Source: Gaiellales bacterium (GTDB lineage Bacteria > Actinomycetota > Thermoleophilia > Gaiellales > F1-60-MAGs149). From it: a DNA stretch of 47,559 nt. A program made the position numbers and the translations under genes. Below, piece by piece: positions 1-9,583 of the stretch (within the stretch, counting starts at the first letter, position 1; each line of letters opens with the position of its first letter). The notes under the pieces are model-generated. The model was not told where the DNA came from, ran no database searches, and was given only the letters and a program-made list of their open reading frames with translations. The DNA lies in the NCBI GenBank assembly GCA_051006935.1, contig JBPCSR010000172.1, positions 1 through 47,559 on the forward strand, written 5' to 3'.

Positions 1-43
1 CGAGGACGACGCCCCCGCGGGCGACGAGACGCACGCGAGCTAG
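1..43 (+). CDS. 3' end of an upstream gene (partial, product unknown)
   Basis: Frame 2 reads ...EDDAPAGDETHAS then TAG at 41-43, 3 nt before the secDF ATG. Too short to identify. Confidence 0.3.
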   Translation, partial: EDDAPAGDETHAS

Positions 44-46
44 CCC

Positions 47-2842
47 ATGCGCCGCGGAACCGTTCTGATCCTGGTCGCCGTGCTCGCCCTGCTCGTGGCG
101 ACCGGCGCGCTCGCGTACCTGCGCGCGCCCGTGCTCGGCCTCGACCTGCAGGGCGGCGCCGAGGTCACGCTCGAGGCGCAGCCCCAGAAGGGCCAGACGG
201 TCACCGACCAGCAGATGCAGCAGGCGGTCCAGATCCTGCGCACCCGCGTCGACGCCCTGGGCGTCGCCGAGCCGCAGATCCAGCGCGAGCAGGGCAACCG
301 CATCTCGATCGCCGTGGCGGGCGAGAAGGACCCGGCGCGCGTCTTCGCGCTCGTCGGATCGACAGGCCAGCTCTACTTCATCGACCTCGAGCAGGGGCTC
401 ACGCAGGGCGTCTCGCGCTCGTACGTCGCGGGCGCGGGCATCGTCCCGAAGACGTCGCTGTACGAGCTGCTGAAGGCCGTGCCGAAGAAGCTCAAGGCCG
501 GCGACCAGAGCATCCTCTACGCCTTCAAGAAGGGCGATACGGCCGAGCCGCTCAACCCGAACGGCGCGGTCACCATGGACCAGCTGCTGCTCCAGCTCGG
601 CGAGAAGACGCTGCCGAAGGACGTGGAGGTGCTCGGCGTGCCCGTCGAGCACATCGCGGTGAAGTGCTCGAACCAGTCGCCCGCCGGCTGCCCGCCGAAC
701 ATCACGCCGATCTCGACGAAGGCCAAGGAGAAGTTCTTCTGGTACATGTTCGACCTGCCGCCGATCAAGGACCGCCTGACGGGCGACGACCTCGACAGCG
801 CGAAGGCCGACTTCGATCCGCAGACCGGCCAGCCCGTCGTGCTGATGAACTTCAACGACCGCGGCGGCAAGCTGTTCGGCCAGATCACGAAGACGCTCGC
901 CGACCGCGGGCGCTCGGAGTGGAGCGCGGCCGGCGCGCAGGCCGGGCAGGAGGCCGCGTACTTCCAGCGCTTCGCGATCATCCTCGACGGCCAGCTCGAG
1001 ACGTACCCGACGATCGACTTCGTCCAGAACCCCGACGGGATCACGGGCGGCAGCGCGCAGATCACGGGCCTCGCCTCGCCGACGGAGGCCAGCGACATCG
1101 CGCTCGTCCTGCAGTCGGGCTCCCTGCCGGTGCGCTTCGTGGCGCTGTCGTCCAGCCAGGTCTCCGCATCGCTCGGCGACGCCTCGCTCCGGCAGGGCCT
1201 GATCGCCGGCCTCATCGGCCTGCTGCTGATGATGGGCTACCTGGTGATCTTCTACCGCGTGCTCGGCCTCGTCGCCGCGCTGGCGCTGGTGATCTTCGCC
1301 GCGCTGTTCTACGGCGTGATCCTCGCGATACCCGTGACCATGACGCTGCCGGGCATCGCGGGCATGATCCTCACCATCGGCGTGGCGGCCGACGCCAACA
1401 TCGTCGTGTTCGAGCGCATCCGCGAGGAGTTCCGCGCGGGCAAGACGCTGCGCGCCTCGATCTCCGCCGGCTACTCGCGCGGCTTCCGCACGATCCTCGA
1501 CGCCAACGCCGTCACGCTGATCACCGCCGGCGTGCTGTTCGTCGCCTCGCAGTCGAGCGTGAAGGGGTTCGCGTTCCTGCTCGCGATCGGCGTGCTCGTG
1601 TCGATGTTCACGTCCGTCGTGGCGACGCGCGCGATCCTCAACGTGCTCTCGAACTTCGCGTGGTTCAACAACCCGCGCGTGATCGGCGCCGAGGCCAAGC
1701 CCGTGCGCTGGCGCTTCGACTTCGCGGGCCGCAAGCGGCTCTTCTTCTCGATCGCCGCCGTCGCGGTGATCGTCTGCATCGGCGCGCTGGCGATCCGCGG
1801 CCTCAACCTCGGGCTCGACTTCACCGGCGGCACGCGCATGGCGATCGTGACGACGAAGGCCGCCACGCCCGACGAGATCAAGGGCGTGCTGACCAAGGTG
1901 GACGGCGACCTCGGCACCTCCGTGGTGCGCGGCGAGGGCGCGCAGGGCGGCTCCACCTACACGACGTTCCAGGTCGACGCCAAGGAGATCCCGGCCAACA
2001 AGGTCCAGACGATCGAGGAGAACATCAACCAGCAGTACGGGCTCGCCCAGCAGGTCGACGTCCGCACCGTGTCGGCGTCGTTCGGCAGCGAGATCCTGCG
2101 CGGCGCGCTGCTCGCGCTCGCCTTCTCGATCTTCCTGATCATCATCTACATCGCGCTGCGCTTCGACTGGAAGTTCGCCGTGCCGATGATCGTGTCGCTC
2201 CTGCACGACTTGCTGATCGCCGCCGGCATCTACGCGATCTCCGGCCGCGAGGTGACGAGCGCCTCGATCGCGGCGCTCCTGACGATCCTCGGCTACTCGC
2301 TGTACGACACGATCATCGTGTTCGACCGCGTGCGCGAGAACGAGAAGACGCTGCGTCGCCAGACGTACGACCAGATCGTCAACATCTCGCTCTGGGAGAC
2401 GGCCACGCGCTCCCTGAACACCTCGTTCTCGACGCTGCTGCCGATCCTCGCGCTGTTCTTCTTCGGCGGCGCCACCCTCCAGGACTTCGCGTTCGCGCTG
2501 ATCATCGGCATCGCCTCCGGCGCGTACTCCTCGTTCTTCATCGCCGCGCCGCTCCTGAGCGTGCTCAAGAGCGGCGAGCCCGAGTACCGCGGGCGCACGG
2601 GGACGGACGAGCTGCCGGCGTTCATGCTCGGCAAGGAGGGCGCGCAGGAGCAGAAGGTCGCCATCGCCGTGGGCGCCGAAGCGTCCGCTGAGGCCGAGGC
2701 CGAGGCGGAGCGGACCGACGAGGCCGCGGCCCCCGCCGCGCCGGAGGCGCCGGCGCCGAACCCGAACGCCGGGCCGGACGAGGCCGCGATCGAGGCCGCC
2801 CGCCGCCGTCGCGCCGAGCGACGCGGCAAGAAGCGCCGGTAG
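47..2842 (+). CDS. secDF: Fused protein-export membrane protein SecDF
   Basis: 931-aa ORF. N-terminal TM helix followed by LGLDLQGG, a large extracytoplasmic domain, and two multi-TM SecD/SecF-type blocks (e.g. GIAGMILTIGVAADANIVVFERIRE; LGYSLYDTIIVFDRVREN). Low-complexity Ala/Glu/Pro tail ends in RRRRAERRGKKRR. Confidence 0.9.
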   Translation: MRRGTVLILVAVLALLVATGALAYLRAPVLGLDLQGGAEVTLEAQPQKGQTVTDQQMQQAVQILRTRVDALGVAEPQIQREQGNRISIAVAGEKDPARVFALVGSTGQLYFIDLEQGLTQGVSRSYVAGAGIVPKTSLYELLKAVPKKLKAGDQSILYAFKKGDTAEPLNPNGAVTMDQLLLQLGEKTLPKDVEVLGVPVEHIAVKCSNQSPAGCPPNITPISTKAKEKFFWYMFDLPPIKDRLTGDDLDSAKADFDPQTGQPVVLMNFNDRGGKLFGQITKTLADRGRSEWSAAGAQAGQEAAYFQRFAIILDGQLETYPTIDFVQNPDGITGGSAQITGLASPTEASDIALVLQSGSLPVRFVALSSSQVSASLGDASLRQGLIAGLIGLLLMMGYLVIFYRVLGLVAALALVIFAALFYGVILAIPVTMTLPGIAGMILTIGVAADANIVVFERIREEFRAGKTLRASISAGYSRGFRTILDANAVTLITAGVLFVASQSSVKGFAFLLAIGVLVSMFTSVVATRAILNVLSNFAWFNNPRVIGAEAKPVRWRFDFAGRKRLFFSIAAVAVIVCIGALAIRGLNLGLDFTGGTRMAIVTTKAATPDEIKGVLTKVDGDLGTSVVRGEGAQGGSTYTTFQVDAKEIPANKVQTIEENINQQYGLAQQVDVRTVSASFGSEILRGALLALAFSIFLIIIYIALRFDWKFAVPMIVSLLHDLLIAAGIYAISGREVTSASIAALLTILGYSLYDTIIVFDRVRENEKTLRRQTYDQIVNISLWETATRSLNTSFSTLLPILALFFFGGATLQDFAFALIIGIASGAYSSFFIAAPLLSVLKSGEPEYRGRTGTDELPAFMLGKEGAQEQKVAIAVGAEASAEAEAEAERTDEAAAPAAPEAPAPNPNAGPDEAAIEAARRRRAERRGKKRR

Positions 2843-2858
2843 CAGCCGCCGCCGCGCC

Positions 2859-2864
2859 TAGCCT
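2859..2864 (+). promoter_or_regulatory. -10-like hexamer TAGCCT, 6 nt upstream of the recJ ATG (leaderless-type promoter)
   Basis: TAGCCT-gcgggc-ATG, 17 nt after the secDF stop. No Shine-Dalgarno possible. Confidence 0.5.
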
Positions 2865-2870
2865 GCGGGC

Positions 2871-5087
2871 ATGAGCTCCGGCAAGCGCCTCGAGATCGCC
2901 CCCTGCCCGATCGACGCCAGCGACGCGCTTCAGCGCGGCGCGGGGATCTCGCGCGTGCTGGCCGATACGCTGGTGCGCCGCGGCTGGACCGATCCCGGCG
3001 AGGTCGAGGCGTTTCTGCGCATGGAGGGCGGCCTGCACGACCCGCTCCTGCTCGGCGACGCAGTCGTCGCCATCCCGCTGATCCGCGACGCGATCGCGGC
3101 GCGCACGCCGATCGCGGTGCACGGCGACTATGACGCCGACGGCGTCTGCGCCACGGCGCTGCTCTGCGAGGGGCTCGCCGCGCTCGGCGCCGACGTGCGG
3201 CCGTTCATCCCCAGCCGCTTCGACGAGGGCTACGGGCTCGCCGTCGAGACCGTGGAGCGGCTGCATGGCGACGGCGTGCGCCTGCTGATCACCGTCGACT
3301 GCGGCATCACCGCGGTCGAGGCGGCGGCGCGTGCGGCCGAGCTCGGCGTCGCGCTCGTGATCACCGACCACCACCGTCACGGCGCGCAGCTGCCGGAGTG
3401 CCCGATCGTCGCTCCGGCTGTGCGGGGCACGTACCCCTTCGACGCGCTCTGCGGTGCGGGGACGGCGTACAAGCTGCTCGAGGGACTCGTCGGCGCGTGC
3501 GAGGCCGACCCCGCGATCCTCGACGGCGTGATCGACCTCGTCGCGATCGCGACGATCGCCGATCTCGTGCCGCTCGTCGACGAGAACCGCGCGCTCGCGC
3601 GCCGAGGGCTCAAGCGCATCGGCGAGGGCAAGCGGCTCGGGCTCGACGTCCTGCTGCGGCTCGCCAAGGTCGACGCGCGCGTGATCGACGCGGGGGCGAT
3701 CGGCTTCCGCGTGGGCCCGCGCCTGAACGCCGCCGGACGGCTCGAACACGCCGACGCGGCGCTGCGGCTGATGATGACGCAGGACCCGCGCGAGGCGCAG
3801 GAGCTCGCCGAGCTGCTCGACGGCCTCAACCGCCGCCGCCGCGCGATCGAGGACCGCATCCTGCGCGAGGCGCTGGCGCTCCACGAGGAGCTCCCGGCGT
3901 CCCGCAAGGACCACCTGGGCCTCGTGCTGGCCGCGGACGGATGGCATCCGGGCGTCGTCGGCATCGTCGCGTCCCGCGTCGTCGAGCGGGTGCGCCGGCC
4001 GACCGTCCTGATCGCGATCGACGGCGACACGGGGTCGGGATCCGGGCGCAGCCTCGACGCCTTCGACCTGCACGCCGGGCTCGCGGCCTGCGACGCCCAC
4101 CTTGAGCGCTGGGGCGGTCACCGCGCCGCCGCTGGCGTGACCGTGCGCACGGAGCAGATCGACGCCTTCGCCCGGGCCTTCGGCGAGCACGCGACGACCG
4201 AGCTCGCCGGCGCCGACCTGCGCCCTGTCGAGCGGATCGATGCGGTCGCATCGCTCCTCGACGTCTCGCTGGAGACGGCGGCCGACCTGGCGCGTCTCGA
4301 GCCGGTCGGCATGGGCAATCCCGCGGTCACGGTGCTGCTGCCCGCCGCGGAGCTCGCCGAGGTGCGGAGGATCGGCTCGGAGGGGCGCCATGTCGACATG
4401 CGCGTGCGCACCGCCGCGGGCTCCTGCCGCGCGGTGGCATGGGGGATGGGCGAGCGCTTCGACGAGCTCGCGAGCGGCGTGCGGATGGACGTCGCCGCGC
4501 GCATCGAGCGCTCCGTCTGGCAGGGCGCCGAGCGCGTGGAGCTGATCGCGCGCACGATCCAGCCGCTCCCCGACGAGCATGGCGATGCGCCCGGTCTCTG
4601 TCCGACCGCTTGCGACGCCACGTGCCCGACGCGTCAGGAGGCGCCCGCGACGCCGCCCGCGCTCGATGCGGGCGTGGGCGTGGACGAGATGCGCGACGCC
4701 CGCGAGGGCGGCGCGATCGCCGAGCTCACGCGCCTCGCCGCCTCGAGCCAGGGTCTCCTCGTCGTCGTGGCCGACGTCGCCCGGCGGCGCGCGATGCTCG
4801 CCTCGGCCCTGCATCCGGATCGGTTCGGGCTCGCCGGCGCGGTGCTGTTCTCGCGCATCTGCACCGACGACGCGCTCGACCGGCGCGCATCGCTGCTCGC
4901 CGACGGCGCGTGGATCGCGCTGATCGACCACGACACCCTCTCGCGCCGCCCGCAGATCGCCGCGGCGTTCCCTGACGCGGCGCTGCTCGACCCGCCCGCC
5001 GACCCGTGGCTGGCGCCCGCCGGACCGCGCTGGGTGCGCCTCGACGGCCCCGCCGAGCACCGCTTCGCCGCGTCCGTCGTCGCCTGA
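2871..5087 (+). CDS. recJ: Single-stranded-DNA-specific exonuclease RecJ (DHH family)
   Basis: 738 aa. DHH-family motifs AVHGDYDADGV, ITVDCG, VITDHH; DHHA1-like GGHRAAAG. Confidence 0.88.
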   Translation: MSSGKRLEIAPCPIDASDALQRGAGISRVLADTLVRRGWTDPGEVEAFLRMEGGLHDPLLLGDAVVAIPLIRDAIAARTPIAVHGDYDADGVCATALLCEGLAALGADVRPFIPSRFDEGYGLAVETVERLHGDGVRLLITVDCGITAVEAAARAAELGVALVITDHHRHGAQLPECPIVAPAVRGTYPFDALCGAGTAYKLLEGLVGACEADPAILDGVIDLVAIATIADLVPLVDENRALARRGLKRIGEGKRLGLDVLLRLAKVDARVIDAGAIGFRVGPRLNAAGRLEHADAALRLMMTQDPREAQELAELLDGLNRRRRAIEDRILREALALHEELPASRKDHLGLVLAADGWHPGVVGIVASRVVERVRRPTVLIAIDGDTGSGSGRSLDAFDLHAGLAACDAHLERWGGHRAAAGVTVRTEQIDAFARAFGEHATTELAGADLRPVERIDAVASLLDVSLETAADLARLEPVGMGNPAVTVLLPAAELAEVRRIGSEGRHVDMRVRTAAGSCRAVAWGMGERFDELASGVRMDVAARIERSVWQGAERVELIARTIQPLPDEHGDAPGLCPTACDATCPTRQEAPATPPALDAGVGVDEMRDAREGGAIAELTRLAASSQGLLVVVADVARRRAMLASALHPDRFGLAGAVLFSRICTDDALDRRASLLADGAWIALIDHDTLSRRPQIAAAFPDAALLDPPADPWLAPAGPRWVRLDGPAEHRFAASVVA

Positions 5088-5101
5088 TGCCAACACCAGC
5101 C

Positions 5102-5153
5102 TGCACGATTCGTGCAGTTTTGGACCCGGGTCCAGAATTGCATGAATCGTGCA
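5102..5153 (+). repeat. 52-nt AT-rich compound inverted repeat / hairpin between recJ and rel
   Basis: TGCACGATTCGTGCA-GTTT-TGGACCCGGGTCCA-GAAT-TGCATGAATCGTGCA. The two arms pair over 26 positions (23 Watson-Crick plus 3 G-T). Starts 15 nt after the recJ stop. Confidence 0.75.
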
Positions 5154-5282
5154 AGTCGCTGCGTCACGGCTGCCGACGTCCACGCGTCGACGCACGTCGT
5201 GCATCCAGCCCGCTGCGTTCGGTGTGATGACGGGCACCGGGCGCGGGGAAGGGACGCGCTGTCCGATACCATCCGGGGGGCG

Positions 5283-7472
5283 ATGCCCGCAACCGCCCTC
5301 GCACCCGCCGCCGAGCTCCACCGCGAGCTCCTCGACGAGCTGCTCGAGGATGTCGCGGAGTACGCACCCGACGCGGACCCCGAACGGCTGGCCGCCGCCT
5401 TCGAGCTGGCGTGCCTGCACCACGACGGCCAGCTCCGCAAGAGCGGCGAGCCGTTCGTCTACCACCCGTGGGGCGTCGCGAAGATCTGCGCGCAGCTGCG
5501 CCAGCCCGAGAGCGTCCTGATCGGCGCCCTGCTCCACGACGTGATCGAGGACACGAGCGCCACCGCCGACGAGATCGAGGCGCGCTTCGGCGCGGAGGTG
5601 CGCGTGCTCGTCGAGGGCGTCACCAAGCTCTCGAAGATCCAGTTCGCCTCGCGCGAGGAGGCGGAGGCGGAGAACTACCGCAAGATGATCCTCTCGATGG
5701 CCGAGGACATCCGCGTCATCGTGATCAAGCTCGCCGACCGGCTGCACAACATGCGGACGCTGTCGTTCCTCGGCAAGCAGAAGCAGCTCCAGAAGGCCAA
5801 GGAGACGCTCGAGGTCTACGCGCCGCTCGCGCACCGCCTCGGCATCCACTCCATCAAGTGGGAGCTCGAGGACCTCGCCTTCGCCACGCTCTACCCGCGC
5901 AAGTACGCCGAGATCGAGTCGATGGTCAACGAGCGCCGCGCCGACCGCGAGCGGTTCGTCAGCGAGGCCGGCGAGACGCTGATGGAGGAGCTGCGCGGCG
6001 TCAGCATCGGCGCCGCCATCTCCGGGCGCGCCAAGCACTTCTACTCGATCTACGAGAAGATGACGCGGCGCGGCAAGGAGTTCAACGAGATCTACGACCT
6101 CACCGCGATGCGGGTCCTCGTCGACACCGATCGCGAGTGCTACGGCACGATCGGCGTGATCCACGCGCTCTGGAAGCCGATGCCGGGCCGCTTCAAGGAC
6201 TACATCGCGGTTCCCAAGTCGAACGGCTACCAGTCGCTCCACACGACGATCATCGGCCCGCACGGCAAGCCGCTCGAGATCCAGGTGCGCACGCTGCAGA
6301 TGCACCAGCGCGCCGAGTTCGGCGTGGCCGCGCACTGGCTCTACAAGGAGCGCACGCCCGTCGCGACGGAGTGGCTGGCCGACCTCGTGGAGGCGCCGGA
6401 GGGCGAGGGCTTCCTCGCCGATCTGCGGACGGGACTCGTCGACGACGAGGTGTTCGTCTTCACGCCGAAGGGCGAGCTCAAGGCGCTCGCCGCGGGGGCC
6501 ACGCCGCTCGACTTCGCCTACGCCGTCCACACCGACGTCGGCCACCGCTGCGTCGGCGCGAAGGTCAACGGGCGCATCGTGCCGCTGTCGGCCACGCTGC
6601 GGTCGGGCGATATCGTCGAGGTGCTCACCTCGAAGGGCGACCGCGGCCCCTCGCGCGACTGGATGGGCATCGTCACCACGAACCGCGCGCGCAACAAGAT
6701 CCGCGCGTGGTTCGCGCGCGAGCAGCGCGAGGACACGGAGCAGAAGGGCCGCGACCTGCTGCAGGCCGCGCTCCGGCAGAACAAGCTGCCGACCCAGCGC
6801 ATCGCCTCATCGCCGGTGCTCGCCGGCGTCATGCGCGAGATGGGCTACCGCAAGGCCGAGGAGTTCTACGTCGCGCTCGGGACGGGCAACATCACCGTCC
6901 CGCAGGTGATCCAGAAGCTGCTCGCGCACCTCAAGACGGAGGAGGTCGAGACCGCGCCGACGCCGGCGCGTCGCACGGGCGGCCGCAGTCGCGCCCTCGC
7001 CTCGAACTCGTACGGCATCGTCGTCGACGGCGTGGCCGACGCCGGGGTGATGGTGCGGATGGCGAAGTGCTGCACCCCCGTGCCGGGCGACGACATCGTC
7101 GGGTACATCTCGGTCGGACGCGGGATCACGATCCACCGCGGCGATTGCCCGAACTCACGCCAGCTGGCGCGCACGCCGGAGCGCATGACGCAGGTGGCGT
7201 GGAGCGGCGAGGATCCCGAGGCGTCCTTCCGCGTGGGCATCTCGGTCGAGGCATGGGACCGCCCGCGCCTGCTCGAGGACGTGGGCCGCACCGTCGCCGA
7301 GCACGGCTGCAACGTGGTCGAGTACGGCGGCCACGTGAGCGAGGGCATGTCGCGCAACTGGTACGTGCTCGAGATCGGCGACCTGCGCGAGCTCAAGAGC
7401 GTGCTCAACTCGCTGCGCCAGATCGAGTCCGTCGTCGACGCCTTCCGCGTCACGCCGGGCGAGCGCGACTAG
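5283..7472 (+). CDS. rel: Bifunctional (p)ppGpp synthetase/hydrolase (RelA/SpoT homologue)
   Basis: HD hydrolase motif (HDVIEDT), RelA/SpoT synthetase region (YSIYEKM, GYQSLHTT), TGS and C-terminal ACT-like domains. Start set at ATG 5283 (MPATALAP...) rather than the ORF-track 5112, whose N-terminus covers the palindrome. Confidence 0.9.
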   Translation: MPATALAPAAELHRELLDELLEDVAEYAPDADPERLAAAFELACLHHDGQLRKSGEPFVYHPWGVAKICAQLRQPESVLIGALLHDVIEDTSATADEIEARFGAEVRVLVEGVTKLSKIQFASREEAEAENYRKMILSMAEDIRVIVIKLADRLHNMRTLSFLGKQKQLQKAKETLEVYAPLAHRLGIHSIKWELEDLAFATLYPRKYAEIESMVNERRADRERFVSEAGETLMEELRGVSIGAAISGRAKHFYSIYEKMTRRGKEFNEIYDLTAMRVLVDTDRECYGTIGVIHALWKPMPGRFKDYIAVPKSNGYQSLHTTIIGPHGKPLEIQVRTLQMHQRAEFGVAAHWLYKERTPVATEWLADLVEAPEGEGFLADLRTGLVDDEVFVFTPKGELKALAAGATPLDFAYAVHTDVGHRCVGAKVNGRIVPLSATLRSGDIVEVLTSKGDRGPSRDWMGIVTTNRARNKIRAWFAREQREDTEQKGRDLLQAALRQNKLPTQRIASSPVLAGVMREMGYRKAEEFYVALGTGNITVPQVIQKLLAHLKTEEVETAPTPARRTGGRSRALASNSYGIVVDGVADAGVMVRMAKCCTPVPGDDIVGYISVGRGITIHRGDCPNSRQLARTPERMTQVAWSGEDPEASFRVGISVEAWDRPRLLEDVGRTVAEHGCNVVEYGGHVSEGMSRNWYVLEIGDLRELKSVLNSLRQIESVVDAFRVTPGERD

Positions 7473-8641
7473 GCGCGCGCGCCCGGGCCGTACGCGCAGG
7501 GGTTCTCGAAGCCGCGGGCGAAGCGCGCCGGGTCGAGGTCCGCGACGTCGATCAACGGCTGGGATCCCGTCAGGAGATCGGCCATCACGCGGCCGGCGGC
7601 CGGCGTCGACTTGAGGCCGTGGCCCGACCAGCCCGCGCAGATCCAGAGGCCCTCGGTGTCGGGCACGCGGCCGACGAGCGGGTGCCAGTCCGGCGTGGCG
7701 TCGTAGGCGCCGCCCCAGCCGCCGACGAGCGGCGCGTCGCCGAGCGAGGGGAACCGCTCGCCGAGCGGGCCGCGGATCGCAGCCTCGTAGCCGTCGAGCA
7801 GCGGCAGCTGGCAGTCGTCGCGCACCTCGATCACGGGCGTGTCCGGCTGGTACGCGACCACCCAGATGTCGCGGCCGGCGGCGGCGCGCACGACCACGTT
7901 GGAGACGGCATCGCTGGTGACCGCCGCGGGCGCCACCTGGCCGGGGGCGAGGCGCAGCACGGCGACCTGAATGCGCACGAGGCTGAACGGCACCTCCCAG
8001 ACGCCGGCGAGGAGCTCGGGCGACCAGCCGCCGGTGGCGACCACGACCTGCCCCGCTGCGATCTCCTCGCCGCTGGCGAGCCGCACGCCGGTGGCGCGCC
8101 CGCCGGCCATCACGATCTCGGCGACCGGCGCGTGCTGGCGCAGCTCGAGGCCGCGGCCGAGCGCGTCGAGGATCCACGAGTCGATCATCAGGCGGCTGTC
8201 GCAGACGCCGCCAGCGGGCTCGTAGGCGGCCGCCGCCACGCCCTCCGTGGACAGCAGGGGCTCCACGTCCCGGATCTCGTCGGGGGCGAGCAGGCGCGTC
8301 TCGAGGCCGAGGCCCTGCTGGCGCTCCACGTTCGCACGACAGGCGTCGAGCAGACGCTCCGGCACGGGCAGCAGATATCCCGTCGGCACGTACGCGGCTG
8401 TCCCCACGCCGACCTCGGCATCCCAGTCGCGGAGGATCTCGGTGCCCGCCATCGACATGCGGATCAGCACCGGATTCGTGTAGTGGCGGCGCACCATGCC
8501 GAAGGTCAGTCCCGAGTCGCCGCCGCCGGCGTTCCCGCGGTCGAGCAGCAGCACGCGCCCGGCGTCGCGCCGCATCAGGGCGTTGGCGGTCGAGGCGCCG
8601 ACCAGCCCGCTGCCGATCACGACGACGTCGTACGCGTCCAT
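7469..8641 (-). CDS. FAD-dependent oxidoreductase (DAO / sarcosine-oxidase-beta-like family)
   Basis: 390 aa. N-terminal dinucleotide fold MDAYDVVVIGSGLVGAS and DAO-type C-terminus (GWSGHGLK). Its stop shares the palindrome CTAG with the rel stop. Confidence 0.8.
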   Translation of the reverse strand: MDAYDVVVIGSGLVGASTANALMRRDAGRVLLLDRGNAGGGDSGLTFGMVRRHYTNPVLIRMSMAGTEILRDWDAEVGVGTAAYVPTGYLLPVPERLLDACRANVERQQGLGLETRLLAPDEIRDVEPLLSTEGVAAAAYEPAGGVCDSRLMIDSWILDALGRGLELRQHAPVAEIVMAGGRATGVRLASGEEIAAGQVVVATGGWSPELLAGVWEVPFSLVRIQVAVLRLAPGQVAPAAVTSDAVSNVVVRAAAGRDIWVVAYQPDTPVIEVRDDCQLPLLDGYEAAIRGPLGERFPSLGDAPLVGGWGGAYDATPDWHPLVGRVPDTEGLWICAGWSGHGLKSTPAAGRVMADLLTGSQPLIDVADLDPARFARGFENPCAYGPGARA

Positions 8642-8647
8642 GCCGGG

Positions 8648-8653
8648 ACGGTA
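8648..8653 (-). promoter_or_regulatory. -10-like hexamer TACCGT, 6 nt upstream of ATG 8641 (leaderless-type)
   Basis: Minus strand reads TACCGT-cccggc-ATG. Confidence 0.5.
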
Positions 8654-8722
8654 TCACCGCCCGCCGAGCGGGTCACGGGCGCGCGGGCGTCATGTACCGT
8701 CCGGCTGTACCCGACGAGAGGC

Positions 8723-9229
8723 GTGCACGTGGCGGAGATCCTGGAGGGCGAGAATCTGATCTGGCAGGGGCGCCCGACCTGGAAGTGGTCGGTCTCCTTC
8801 ATGCTCAAGTGGGGCCTGGTCGGGTTGATCCCGCTCGTGGTCGGCATCCTCACGGACCGCATCGTCGACGTGCCAATCGCCTGGTTCTTCGCCGCCACCG
8901 TGATCTTCATCGCCGGCGTCGTCGTCCTCGCCTGGATCAGGCGCCTCGACAGCGCCTACACCGTCACGAGCCGCCGCGTGATCGTGCGGCGCGGCATCGC
9001 CAACCGCAACGAGCGCAGCGCCAGCATCGACCGCATCCAGAACGTCAACACGCGGCAGGGCTTCTACGGGCGCATCCTCAACTTCGGCGACATCGAGTTC
9101 GACACCGCCGGCAGCGAGACGGGCGATTCGGAGCTCGCGCTGCGGGGCATCAACGACCCGCACGACATGCGCGACATGCTCGACCGCGAACTGCTCCAGC
9201 GCGAGCAGCGCACGAGCGGCGGCCTCTAG
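8723..9229 (+). CDS. Membrane protein with bacterial PH domain (bPH_2 / YdbS-like)
   Basis: About 168 aa. Two TM helices, then the ...YTVTSRRVIVRRGI...ASIDRIQNVNTRQGFYGRILNFGDIEF pattern typical of DUF304/bPH_2. GTG start preceded by GAGAGG. It is the C-terminal part of a spurious 1272-aa ORF in the track. Confidence 0.65.
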   Translation: MHVAEILEGENLIWQGRPTWKWSVSFMLKWGLVGLIPLVVGILTDRIVDVPIAWFFAATVIFIAGVVVLAWIRRLDSAYTVTSRRVIVRRGIANRNERSASIDRIQNVNTRQGFYGRILNFGDIEFDTAGSETGDSELALRGINDPHDMRDMLDRELLQREQRTSGGL

Positions 9230-9232
9230 GGC

Positions 9233-9583
9233 CTACGGCTCCCAGTCCTCGCCGCCGATGTCCCAGCCGACGAGGCAGTAGTCGCCGACGACGCCCGCGA
9301 CGGCCTCGAACGTGGCGCGTGCGTCGTCATCGAGCTCGGCGGCGGTGATGAACTCGCCGACGAGCTCGCCGTCGTAGTGGATCGGCACCTCGGTGCGCAC
9401 GTCGCCGGCGCCGCCGGCCCACGGACCGTCGGTGAAGACGCCCTCCTCCACGAAGCGCAGTCCGACGCCGGCGCCGTAGCGCTCGGCGAGGTGCGCGATC
9501 GTCGCGAGCAGGATCTGATCGGCCTCGTCCGCGCCGTCCACGATCGCCTGCACGGCGGCGACCACCGCGGCGTCCGCGCTCAC
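9233..9583 (-). CDS. Hypothetical protein, short GAF-like (116 aa)
   Basis: GTG start overlaps the stop of the upstream phosphomannomutase (GTGA). High third-position GC. The weak GAF-like C-terminal pattern (VPIHYDGELVGEF) is not a firm assignment. Confidence 0.5.
   Translation of the reverse strand: MSADAAVVAAVQAIVDGADEADQILLATIAHLAERYGAGVGLRFVEEGVFTDGPWAGGAGDVRTEVPIHYDGELVGEFITAAELDDDARATFEAVAGVVGDYCLVGWDIGGEDWEP

Noticed and set aside
5112-5282. ORF-track N-terminal extensions: rel from 5112, ligase 1 from 14482, M16 from 45182, gntR from 32318, era from 32222, the GS-like gene from 30314 and MopB from 27513
   Set aside because: The extensions are Arg/Pro-rich, overlap neighbouring genes or regulatory palindromes, and precede the conserved family N-termini. 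Downstream starts have SD sites, 4-nt overlaps or the TAnnnT pattern.
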